From Atractiella rhizophila (Eukaryota), in assembly GCA_021432655.1 (NCBI GenBank), contig MU271363.1, positions 3,757 to 67,756 of the forward strand: a stretch of 64,000 bases of DNA, given 5' to 3'. The notes below the pieces were generated by a model. That model made no database searches. It worked only from the letters and a program-made list of their open reading frames with translations, and was not told where the DNA came from. Every line of letters begins with the position of its first letter. The stretch's first letter is position 1. A program made the position numbers and the translations under genes. Positions 26,110 to 37,929 of the stretch are shown piece by piece.

Positions 26110-27998
26110 AATTGGAGACATTCGTTCCTCGCAAACATGCACGTTCCTGTCCGATTCATGTTCTGTCTTATGTTTCTGTTTCTTGTATGTGGCATTTTGA
26201 TGTTGATGCTTTAGTGAAGAAGGGAGAGCGGTTGATCCGTATCAGATAGAGGTCACAGGGATCAGGAAGGAAAGTTCAAGATGGCAGATAGGGGATTGCA
26301 TGGTATCGACCTCGCCGTAGACTGCACTGGAGCTAAGGCCCGTTTCTCCTTGCTTCCCACCCTGCACTTTGGATACCAGTATATGGATAACTGATGGATG
26401 GATGGGAGCATGTGCGAATCCAGACTGCTCTCTAGTTTCGTCAAGGACGACAGAACATATACATCTCAACCGAGTCCTTCCCATCACAGCCATCCTCACA
26501 AAGAAGTAGCCGTCAAAGTTCATATAGGCCCAAAGATCCGATGGTCTTGGGTCACGACACCACTGGTCTTGTCGTCGCTGGTATGTCTCCACCTCTCCGC
26601 TCCTCCTCTCATCTACTTAGCTAAACAACATGAACACAGCGAGGCTCAAATTCATGCAGCTCCAGCAGGGAGACCGCGTCGCCCTTGAACCCAAAGAGAC
26701 ATGTGGGACGCAAGGCGGGCAGGTATAAGCTGTGCCCGTCCATCGAGTTCGCCGCTACCTTCCTTTCATGAGTTCTTCTCTCCTTCCTTTCTCCTCTTTG
26801 TGGCGCGCGCTGACCGCATTAAATGGCAGCATAGAACTCTGCAAGGCTTCTACGAGATCCTAAGAGACCTATAAGTCCTCTCTCTCTCTCCTCCCTCCTA
26901 TCACTGACTTATCTCGTCTAATATCAATATAGACAAGCTTCCTGACATGAGTTGCAACTCTACTTCATTGAAAATCTCGTATAACGATATCGGATGCTGC
27001 TGTGATAACAGAATGTCTCCCTAGAAGAGGAAGCGATGATCGAGCCGCTCTCTATGGTGCAAATTGTGGCGCTTATCTGGGGGATGAAAGCTCGGTTGAA
27101 CGTTTCCATCTGCGGGTTCGTCTTCCTCCCCTTCTCCTCCTCTACCCGTAAAAGAAAGAATAATAACGGTGCTGTGAAGATCTGGTCCTATAGGACTCCT
27201 TGCACAGTCAGCCGTGAAGGCCTTAGACGCCAGAAAGATAATCGCCGTCGACATTCAAGTGCGACAGGCTCGCTTCGGAGACGGTCGTTCCTCCCAACGT
27301 GTGTCAACCTCTAGCCTCTCTCATGCACTTTTTGTCTTACGTTTCTGTTCCTTTTTATGGGTGTAGCAGATTTGTGTTTCAGCGTATGAGGGAGAGGAGA
27401 GGATTGCGTAATCCAGGAGGGTCACAGGGATCATGAAGGAGGAGCTTAAGGGTGCAGACAAGGGATTGGAGGGTATCGACCTCCCCGTAGACTGCACGGG
27501 GGTGATATCCGTTTGTGCTTGCTTTCCATCCTACAGTTTGGAGATTGATGTCCTGATAGTGATGGACGGACGAGAACAGGCGTGCCTTTAGACTCTCTAC
27601 CTCGTCAAGGACAGCGGAACATACGCCTAAGTCGGCAAGGGCAATGAGTTCGGCCAGATGCCCGTCGCTGCTATCCTCACGGAGGGGACAATCAATGGTT
27701 CTTTCCGGTCCGTCTTCCCTCGTACCGCTTCCAGTTTCACGTTGTTCTGACGCTTCTTAGATTTGCTCGATGAATACGGACGGGCAGGCAATTGATTAGT
27801 TCGCTAGGGGCCTTGTAGACTGCTGAGCCGCTCATCACACATCGCTTCAAGTTCAGGGATGCAATTCGCACTTTTAAGATAATACAGTCTCGCCACCTCT
27901 CTCCTCTTCTGCCTTGACATCACGAAGTTGAAACGAATGACGATAATTGGCCCTACGACACGATAAAGACCATCATCCACGGATACGACGACGACTGA
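26110..27998 (+). pseudogene. Polyol dehydrogenase pseudogene: a 3' fragment (26110-26525) followed by a second copy starting at the GHE exon (26533-27998)
   Basis: GLHGIDLAVDCTGA...PITAILTK precedes DPMVLGHDTTGLVVAG, GDRVALEPKETC, KAGRYKLCPSIEFAAT, NVSLEEEAMIEPLS and GPIGLL. Confidence 0.85.
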
Positions 27999-28790
27999 GC
28001 CTTGCAGCACGTGAATACACAGTCTCGACACTATTAAGGAATTGAAGGAACAAAAAGATGGGATATGCACTACACAAAGGGTTCAAGGAATCGTACCATT
28101 GTTATACCACAGCATCGATCTTCAATGGCAGCTCCTTCTGTTCTCTTAAGCAGTCCATCGTTGAATGCACAAATCGTCGTTAACTGTAAGAACCACTCAA
28201 GCAAGACTCGAAGGCTGAATCAGTTTGTTTAACAATTATGGCACTTTGGACGGAACTGGTCTTGGGCCCGTTCACAGGGAATCAGCAAAATTGTTTGCAT
28301 GAGAGAAGACTCCTTAATACACACAAAGAGCATCCTCCTCACAAACCCACCCTCTCAAGCCCTGAAGCTTCCTCAATAATCAACAGCAATTCTACTCCCT
28401 CCCATCCATCGTCGTCATTTTTCCTCGTTTCTTGATCCCCCAAGAACCAGCAGATAAACACTGGGGAATCAACTCGCTGCATAGAGTAACAAATAGCCTT
28501 GTCTTGTGCCGCATCGAGTTTCAATAGTGTGCATGGAAAGACTTGGTGCAACAGGGTTCTAAGATTGCACATAACAATCGAGCATGAGGTGTCAAGTATG
28601 AGGGAGGTGACCTTTGTGAGGTGCGGTGTGTTGAACAGCGGGAGATGGATGCACGGCATTGTCCCGACCAAAGTCCAGCCCAGTTCCTAGTCACCAATTT
28701 TAAATCCTGTGTTAGATAGAGAGGGATATGAACTGCGCAACTTCTTCTCACGTCGTCTAGAACGCGAGTGAAATCTGAGTATCTCCAGCA

Positions 28791-30626
28791 TCACTCCTCC
28801 CCACCCTCCCGAACCCATGAATATTCGTCCTCCTTGCTCACACCAAAATCTCCCAAGGCGCTCCTGGCTATGCATATCTCTCCCTCAGGCCACGCTGCAA
28901 AGAATAGCTGAACCGTCAACCAGTGCCCTCTAATTGTCTTCATCTTTTCAGCTCCATCCACCATATCCCCCTCCTCCTTCACCCACCTGTCCCCAAAGAA
29001 CCAGCTGATGAAGTCTGAGAATACAAACGGAGTGACTTCCCAGTCCACCACACAGTACCGAACATCTATGGTTGTTATCGCTATTGCATTTCTGAGGGAG
29101 TGGAAGAACTGGGGGGAAACAAGGTTGGAAGTTTCCTCACCACCATCGAGGTAGAGTTCGGTGAGATGTTTGAGGTGTGATAGGTCGAGTGGATTGGGTA
29201 GGACGGAGGTCTTCCTATCGGGCGCGTAGGGGGCGAGCGTGACCTTGAGATAATCTAGAAGAGGCGGTAGACAGGACCCTGAGATGGAGGGAGGGAGGGG
29301 ACAGAGGTTGGAGAGATACAAATCCGTGAGGGTGAGTGGGAGAGAGAGCGATGGGAGAGGTGGGTATGTGCTAAGCAGTAGGCTTTTGAGGTTAGATGAT
29401 AATTGAAGGCCCGGTGATGTCGACGTGGCAGAGTCCTCCACGTTATAAGCACTGAAGAATCTGATCCTGTCACCCATCCTCCGCATAAAATTCTCGACCT
29501 CATCCTTCTTCCACTTTCTCCAACCTTCATATCCAAAGATTATGTCATCCAGCCTGGTCAAGCCTTCAATCGCATGCAGCACAGTCTTCGCCTCCTCTTC
29601 ATCACAAAATGCATCAATCCACACTACCGTCACATTTGGCGAGCCCGCGATGACATCTTTCGCCATCTCAACGCTGACATCATAGTCCTCCTTAAACCAT
29701 AGGGATCTCCACAAATGCCCGGCATTAGGATAAGCTGTCAAACGAGCATGCATCTCCTTTATAGAAACTATGATATTATTCAAATATGGGACTGCAACAG
29801 CCTTCCAAAGCTGACAGACGGCAGAAAGTCGCTCGAATGAAACAAGATATCCGGTACCTTCTATGAGGCTTTCAGCTCTATCGAATGAAAGCAACTCGAA
29901 GACGAGTGAGAGGATCTCAGTAGGCAGCTGAGTGATAGTGCATGGACTGGTCCTTTGAGTTCGAGTTGAGCACAGCGAGAGTTGGATGGTGGTCCCCCAT
30001 CCGGTGGATGGAATGGTTGATCCTTCCCATTCGCTAGTGGGAACGAAACAATCATCGATTTCAGAGTATAGGGCGATGAGGTCGAAGATGGCCTCAGAAC
30101 GATTGTCTGGAAGGTGAAACTTGCATGCGATGGCCTTCACGTCCAGGTCGTCCAAATCCACATATGCATGATGTCTGAAATCCCCAAAGGCTACCATAAT
30201 ACTTTCCACCCCCAAAGTCATGGAAAGGTGCATTGCGTCGTCGTATTCGACTGCATTTTCGAGATCTTCCAGAGAAAAGAAGAACAATTTCGACAATATG
30301 GTGCGCCAGAATCGAAGAGGCAAGAGAAATGTGATCCGGAGCATGTGAATTGATGGAGGTAGTTGAGAAAGGAAAGATGGAAGGATGGAGAGGTGGATCG
30401 GAGTGCCATGTTCTAACGTTACTGGGGTAATGAGATGGACGAGTGCGATTGACTCTGTTCCCTGATCATCTATCATTCCTGGAGGAGATACGCAGGACTA
30501 AAGCCCATGAATTCATGTTAAACGAGACAAGTGAGGGCAAAGGTCAGATCATGCCTGTAGCGCTTGTCCAACTTGAGCCTTCTCGCCGTTCTCCGCACAA
30601 TGATCAGGCTGATCAGATATTACCAT
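28791..30626 (-). CDS. F-box/LRR-like protein, copy 4. Intron 30498-30554, exon 1 30555-30626
   Basis: 561-aa ORF with the F-box ITQLPTEILSLVFELL...LSAVCQLWKAV. Its N-terminal domain is more divergent than in copies 2, 3, 5 and 7. Confidence 0.88.
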
Positions 30627-30718
30627 CGTGAAGATAGAGATCGCATAACCGTTCGTAGGAGTCGAAGGATTAGGCAACTGGTTGCACTTAGAATGGTGTT
30701 GGGTGGAAGTCGGCGTCC

Positions 30719-33541
30719 TTGAATCAGCATCAAAAATGAAATCAATCGGCCTAACCCTGTCAGACCAAGATATTACGGATGTCCTGACATCCAACCTTGC
30801 AGAAACATGGGGAAGCCTCGCCAGCACACTCATAGCCACGAAAGGGGAGCAGACAATTGATGAAGTCGTTTCAGCACTCAGGGATGAAGAGAGGAGAAGA
30901 GGTGGAATACCAGGAGAGATAGAGATAGCTGCAATGGCTAGAGCAGCGCCTAAATGGGGAAGGAAGGAACAACAGAGGGAGAATAGTCGAAGATTTGAAC
31001 AATATTCAGAATCCCAGAATAACGGTACCTCACGAGCTTGTTGGATATGTGGCAATCCCACTCACATTGCTCGAGATTGCGACAGAAAAGCGAAGCCACA
31101 GGAGAGTACACACCTAGCTATCAATGAAGCCTTGATAGATGCAGCTTTTTAAAAGAAGAAAAGAAGATTGAGGGGAGTAATAGTTGAATGGTCTCAAGAT
31201 CCGGTGAAATTTGTTGAATGGAGGCCGTGTATCATCTTCAGGCGTAGGAAGAAGATCTTTCATCGTTGGTGAAGCATCATGGGACAGCTTATGACCTCGT
31301 ATTGATGTGCCTTGAAGCTGGCAGAAGCAAGAAATCGGTGGAAGTTTTGATGAGTATTAAAGTTTGAGATCCCCTTGTTGAGAATTGAATTGACTCTTGT
31401 TTACCTTTTAATGACCTTATCGATTAACTTTACTTTCTATTGATTTAGGGGCACCCATATTACAAAATGGGAAGTATATGCCGCTGCCACTCACTGGAAC
31501 GGTAACCTAGATGAACCTTCCTTCCGACAGGCACTCGCGGCGCCTGATGCTGACAAGTGGTGGGTAGCTATCTTAGCGGAATTCGCAGCACTTCAGGCCA
31601 TGGGGACTTGGGAGGAGAAACTAGTCGACCTTCCGCAAGGAAAAAGAGTGATAGGCTCGGAGTGGGTTTTGCTGATCAAGAGGGATTTAGATGGGAACGT
31701 CCTTAAGTACAAGGAGTGCTTAGTAGCCAGAGGGGATCGTCAAATAGAAGGGGTTGATTTTGGCGAGACTTATGCGCCTACGGTACGGATGGTGTCCGTG
31801 AGGTCCGCTCTATCCCTCGCTGCCACGAATAGGTGGTATGGCGGCCAGTTTGACGAGTCCAATGCTTTTCTCAACGGCACATTGGAAGAGGAAGTATATC
31901 TCAGACAACCTCAAGGGTTTGTTGACCAGAGTCAACCTGACAAGGTGTTTAGGCTTCTAAAGACGCTGTATGGCCTCCGACAAGGGTTGGAACGATACGT
32001 TACACAACTTTCTCTCGCAACATGGCTATTTGCGCATGAATGCTGACAGAGGAGTTTACATCAAGAGGAGGGGAGCAGATATGATGATCATCTGCCTCCA
32101 TGTCAACGACGGACTCGTAGTTGCTTCATCTCAACATCTCATCGACGAGCTATGTGCTCTGTTGTGGATTCAGTTCAAGATAACCACAGCAGAGGTTGGA
32201 AATTTCCTAGGGATGCGTATTAACTGGGATAGGAGTTCTGGGCATATCACTTTGGATCAGCAAGACTACGTCCGAAAATGCTTGGAACGTTTTGGTATGT
32301 TGGATGCGAACTCAGTGAATACCCCCTGCGACATAAACGAGAAAGTTTCAAAAGCCTGGGCGCCCCAAACGGAAGAGGAACGTGAGTACATGAAGAGAAT
32401 ACCTTACAGAGAGGCGATAGGTGCTCTAATATACGCTGCTGTGAACACGCGCCCCGATATCTTATTTGCGGTCAACAGGGCGGCTAGATACAGTGCTGAT
32501 CCTGGCAGGAGGCATTGGGCAAGCGTTCAGAGGATTTTTAGATATCTTATTGGCGCTATTGACTTTAAACTCACATGGGATGACACAGGTTCCACCAAGG
32601 TACAAGGATTTTCGGATTCTGACCACGCAGCGGATGTAGATACACGTCGCTTAGTCTCTGGCGTAGTATTTCGACTAGGCAGATCGGCAGTCTCTTGGAT
32701 ATCGAAGATGCAGCCAACCGTAGCCATCTCTTCGACGGAGGCAGAATATATCGCGCTCTCAAGTGCAGCTAGGGAGGCGACGTGGTTGAGGGGACTATTG
32801 TCGGAACTGGGTTTTCCTCAGCAGGGACCGACGACGATAAAAGGGGATAATCAGGGTGCACTTACTTTAGCGAAGCATCCTGCGAACCATGGCCGCACGA
32901 AACATGTTGAGGTACACTATCACTTTACAAGAGAGAGGGGTGAATCGGGTGAGATAATATTAACATGGATACTGACGGTGCAAATGGCAGCAGACGTTCT
33001 CATGAAGGGTATAGGCAGTGTCCAGCACTGGAAGCTATGCTCGATGCTTGGATTGTTGGAGAATTAAGGGGTTACGTTGTGTTCATTTACCGGGCTGATA
33101 TAGGATGTTTATGGTTGCGATTTTTGTTGAAAGGACTTCATCTTGGGGTTACTGATTTTGGTATGGGTATTCAACTATTTTTCCCTGTTTGTTCATTTAT
33201 CTGTGTTGATTTCTTCTGACCAATATTTGCTATCATTTCGCACTTTCCTTATCTTTCTCCTGGTTCCGTTCATTCTTCTCTCTTCCTTTCCCTCTTCGGT
33301 TTTCTTTCCATTCTTTCCTCGGCTGCTGAGTGAGGGGTGGTGTGAGAGATATGGCTCTCATTATCGGTGCTTCCACAAGTTGCGGTTAGGGTTAGGGTCT
33401 TGTCTTCTGGATCCACAGCGTTTTGACCACCGCCTTTGTGTACCCTGTGGATCCAGGTATGTAGTGTTCTTTGCATTGTGAACAGCGTTTTGACCACCGC
33501 CTTTGTGTACGCTGTGGATCCAGATCCGGCTCGTTCTCACA
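30719..33541 (+). mobile_element. Truncated Ty1/Copia LTR retrotransposon (gag fragment, RT-RNase H, 3' LTR; no 5' LTR, protease or integrase)
   Basis: Gag zinc knuckle CWICGNPTHIARDC (30719-31152). RT motifs KYKECLVARGDRQIEGVDFGETYAP, AFLNGTLEEEVYLRQPQGF and LHVND, frameshifted near 31985. RNase H motifs GFSDSDHAAD, SSTEAEY, DNQGA and TKHVEVHYHF end at 33067. Purine tract GAGTGAGGGGTGG precedes the LTR. Confidence 0.92.
33341..33541 (+). repeat. 3' LTR (201 bp) of the truncated Copia
   Basis: Begins TGTGAGA directly after the purine tract and ends TCTCACA, a perfect 7-bp terminal inverted repeat. Host unit sequence resumes at 33542. Confidence 0.85.
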
Positions 33542-33733
33542 GTCATGTGCTAGATGACTTTTATGAGGAAGTTACATTGAATAGTGGGGAGGGACGGCAA
33601 CGTTCGGAACGTATTCCAGCCATTTTCCTAGTCACCAATTTTCAATGCCGTGTTAGATGGAGAGAGATACGAACTGTGCACCTTCTCATTGTGTCTTCTC
33701 TTGAACGCAAGTCAAATCTGATAATTCCCCGCA

Positions 33734-35582
33734 TCAACACTCCCCACCCTCCCGAACCCAGGTATCTTCATTCTCCTCGCTCACCCCGAACTTTCTCAAC
33801 GTGCTCCTTCCCTTGCATATCTCGTCCTCAAGCCACCCTCCAAAGAATAGCTGAACCCTCAACTCGCATCCTCTTGTCGTCTTCACCGTTTCAGCTCCAT
33901 CCTCCGTATCCCCCTCCTCCTTCACCCCCCTGTCCCCGAAGAACCAGCAGATGAAGTCTGAGAATACAAACCTTGTGAATTCCCAGTCCACCACACAGTA
34001 CCGAACATCTATGATGGTTATCGCTTTTGCATTTGTGAGGGTGTGGAAGAACTGGGGGGCAATGAGGTTCGAAGTTTCCTCACCACCATTGAGGAAGAGT
34101 TGGGTGGGATGTTTGAGGTGTGATAGGTTGAGCGGAGTGGAGAGGATGGAGGTCTTTCCATTGGGTGAGTAGGGAGCGAGTGTGATATCGAGATGTTCGA
34201 GGAGAGGTGGCAGACAGGAGCCTGAGACGGAGGGAGGCAGGGGGCACAGATTGGAGAGATGTAAATATGTGAGGGTGAGTGGGAGAGAGAGCGACGGGAG
34301 AGGCAGGGGTGTGTGAAGTGTTAGGATTTTGAGTTCAGATGACAATTGAAGGCCTGGTGATGTTGACGAGGCAAAGTCCTCCACGTCAAAAGCACGGAAG
34401 AATCTGATCCTGCCACCGATCCTCTGCATAAAATTCTCAACCTCATCCTTCTTGCACTTTCTCCAACCTTGCCCTCCAAATGTTACCTCATCCAACCTCA
34501 TCAAGCTTTCAATCGCATGCAACACAATCTTCGCCTCCTCTTCATTCCACAATGCATCCATCCACACTGCCTCAACATTCGGTGAGCCAGCGATGACGTC
34601 TTTCACCATCTCAATGCTGACATCATCCTCAAAGCTTCTTTCAATAGCTATATATGTCCACAAATGCCCGGCATTAGGATAAGCTGTCAAACGAGCATGC
34701 AACTCCTTCACAGAAACATGTTCACTCAAATATGGGACTAAAACAGCCTTCCAGAGCTGACAGACGGCAGAAACTCGCTCGAAGTCAACAAGATATCCAG
34801 TACCTTCTATGAGCCCTTCAGATTCATCCAATGAAAGAAACTCGAAGATGAGTGAGAGGATCTCAGTAGGGAGGTGTGTGATACTGCATAAACTAATACC
34901 TGTAGGTCGAGTTGTGGAGAGGGAGAGTTGGATGGTTGTCCCCAGACCGGTGGATGGGACGGTTGATTCCTCCCATTCGCTGAGAGGAATGAAACGCCGT
35001 TGCTCCTTGCAGTATAGGGCAACGGGTTCAAAGAGGACCTGAGAGCGATTATCTGGAAGATGAAAAGTGCATGTGAAGGGCTTCCGAGACCGAAAAGTGC
35101 ATGTGAAGGGATTCCGAGACAGGCGCTCCAATTCCACGGATGCACGACGTTTGGTATCCCCAAAGGCTACTGAAATACTTTGCTTCTCCAACGTGATGCA
35201 AAGAATCAGTGCACCGTCAGGTTTGACTCCATTTTCGATGGCTGCCAGAGAGAAGTAGGAAGATTTCGACTTCAGCTTCCAGAATCGAATAGGTAAGACA
35301 AAAGTGATCCGGAGCATGTGAATTGATATAGGTAGGCGAGAAAGGAAAGAGGGAAGAATGGAGAGGTGGATTGGAGTGCCATGGAGTAATGTTACTGGGG
35401 TGATGAGATGGACCAGTGCGATAGACTCTGTTCCCTGATCATGCTTTGGTGAAATCAATGGTTCCTTCTCAACGTTTCCCCGAGATGCACGGGACTGAAG
35501 CTCATGAATTCATGTCAGATGAGACAAGAGAAGGGGACAGATCATATCATGCCTGCAGCGCATCAGCGCGTTGTCCAACCAT
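33734..35582 (-). CDS. F-box/LRR-like protein, copy 5. Intron 35495-35552, exon 1 35553-35582 (further in-frame ATG at 35612)
   Basis: 574-aa ORF that the track starts at TTG; exon 1 supplies an ATG. F-box ITHLPTEILSLIFEFL. Carries an in-frame 30-nt duplication at 35061-35120. Confidence 0.88.
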
Positions 35583-37929
35583 CTCGACGTTCTCCGCGCA
35601 ATGATCAAACATCACGATCGTGAGGATGGAGATCGCAAAACTGTTCGTGGGAGACGGTGGATTAGGCGACTGTTGCAATTAGGACAGATTAGGATGGTGT
35701 TGGGTGGAAGAAGTCTGTGTCTGGACGATGAAGGCTTTAGTTCTCCAGCACTTGACTCCCAGATAGTGCACAGGGGAAGTCTAAAATATGTAAAAGAACT
35801 GAAATCTTTTGCAATACTAGACCTAAATTACACTGCAATTCAAATGAGAGCCAGAGCAGAATGCTCTGATATTGATGCTTCATCGGTAATGATCTGATTG
35901 TAAGAGGAAAGGCTAGATAGGGCTGGGAAATCCTCCGTATCCCCCTCCTCCTTCACCCCCCTGTCCCCGAAGAACCAGCAGATGAAGTCTGAGAATACAA
36001 ACCTTGTGAATTCCCAGTCCACCACACAGTACCGAACATCTATGATGGTTATCGCTTTTGCATTTGTGAGGGTGTGGAAGAACTGGGGGGCAATGAGGTT
36101 CGAAGTTTCCTCACCACCATTGAGGAAGAGTTGGGTGGGATGTTTGAGGTGTGATAGGTTGAGCGGAGTGGAGAGGATGGAGGTCTTTCCATTGGGTGAG
36201 TAGGGAGCGAGTGTGATATCGAGATGTTCGAGGAGAGGTGGCAGACAGGAGCCTGAGACGGAGGGAGGCAGGGAGCACAGATTGGAGAGATGTAAATACG
36301 TGAGGCAGGTGTGTGTGAAGTGTTAGGATTTTGAGTTCAGATGACAATTGAAGGCCTGGTGATGTTGACGAGGCAAAGTCCTCCACGTCAAAAGCACGGA
36401 AGAATCTGATCCTGCCACCGATCCTCTGCATAAAATTCTCAACCTCATCCTTCTTGCACTTTCTCCAACCTTGCCCTCCAAATGTTACCTCATCCAACCT
36501 CATCAAGCTTTCAATCGCATGCAACACAATCTTCGCCTCCTCTTCATTCCACAATGCATCCATCCACACTGCCTCAACATTCGGTGAGCCAGCGATGACG
36601 TCTTTCACCATCTCAATGCTGACATCATCCTCAAAGCTTCTTTCAATAGCTATATATGTCCACAAATGCCCGGCATTAGGATAAGCTGTCAAACGAGCAT
36701 GCAACTCCTTCACAGAAACATGTTCACTCAAATATGGGACTAAAACAGCCTTCCAGAGCTGACAGACGGCAGAAACTCGCTCGAAGTCAACAAGATATCC
36801 AGTACCTTCTATGAGCCCTTCAGATTCATCCAATGAAAGAAACTCGAAGATGAGTGAGAGGATCTCAGTAGGGAGGTGTGTGATACTGCATAAACTAATA
36901 CCTGTAGGTCGAGTTGTGGAGAGGGAGAGTTGGATGGTGGTCCCCAGACCGGTGGATGGGATGGTTGATTCCTCCCATTCGCTGAGAGGAATGAAACGCC
37001 GTTGCTCCTTGCAGATAGGGCAACGGGTTCAAAGAGGACCTGAGAGCGATTATCTGGAAGATGAAAAGTGCATGTGAAGGGCTTCCGAGATCGAAAAGTG
37101 CATGTGAAGGGATTCCGAGACAGGCGCTCCAATTCCACGGATGCACGACGTTTGGTATCCCCAAAGGCTACTGAAATACTTTGCTTCTCCAACGTGATGC
37201 AAAGAATCAGTGCACCGTCAGGTTTGACTCCATTTTCGATGGCTGCCAGAGAGAAGTAGGAAGATTTCGACTTCAGCTTCCAGAATCGAATAGGTAAGAC
37301 AAAAGTGATCCGGAGCATGTGAATTGATATAGGTAGGCGAGAAAGGAAAGAGGGAAGAATGGAGAGGTGGATTGGAGTGCCATGGAGTAATGTTACTGGG
37401 GTGATGAGATGGACCAGTGCGATAGACTCTGTTCCCTGATCATGCTTTGGTGAAATCAATGGTTCCTTCTCAACGTTTCCCCGAGATGCACGGGACTGAA
37501 GCTCATGAATTCATGTCAGATGAGACAAGAGAAGGGGACAGATCATATCATGCCTGCAGCGCATCAGCGCGTTGTCCAACCATCTCGACGTTCTCCGCGC
37601 AATGATCAAACATCACGATCGTGAGGATGGAGATCGCAAAACTGTTCGTGGGAGACGGTGGATTAGGCGACTGTTGCAATTAGGACAGATTAGGATGGTG
37701 TTGGGTGGAAGAAGTCTGTGTCTGGACGATGAAGGCTTTAGTTCTCCAGCACTTGACTCCCAGATAGTGCACAGGGGAAGTCTAAAATATGTAAAAGAAC
37801 TGAAATCTTTTGCAATACTAGACCTAAATTACACTGCAATTCAAATGAGAGCCAGAGCAGAATGCTCTGATATTGATGCTTCATCGGTAATGATCTGATT
37901 GTAAGAGGAAAGGCTAGATAGGGCTGGGA
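33899..37929. repeat. Recent ~2.0-kb tandem duplication (33899-35928 repeated as 35930-37929)
   Basis: The offset steps from 2031 to 2002 to 2001 across two small deletions. Junction GGCTGGGA-A-ATCCTCCG at ~35929. Confidence 0.92.
35930..37583 (-). pseudogene. F-box/LRR-like pseudogene, copy 6 (duplicate of copy 5)
   Basis: Near-identical to 33899-35582, but lacks the last ~55 codons and has a 1-bp deletion (~37015) and a 29-bp deletion (~36305). It is split into ORFs 36809-37459 and 36111-36833. Confidence 0.88.

Noticed and set aside
30549..31061. 170-aa minus-strand ORF upstream of copy 4
   Set aside because: It is a chimera of antisense gag sequence and the upstream region plus exon 1 of copy 4.
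33386..33397. TTAGGG x2 inside the Copia LTR
   Set aside because: Two units are too few to support a telomeric origin or function.
33407..33523. Repeat-spacer-repeat patterns with hairpins resembling a CRISPR array (also 51826-51945)
   Set aside because: Only two repeats, inside eukaryotic LTRs, and no cas genes.
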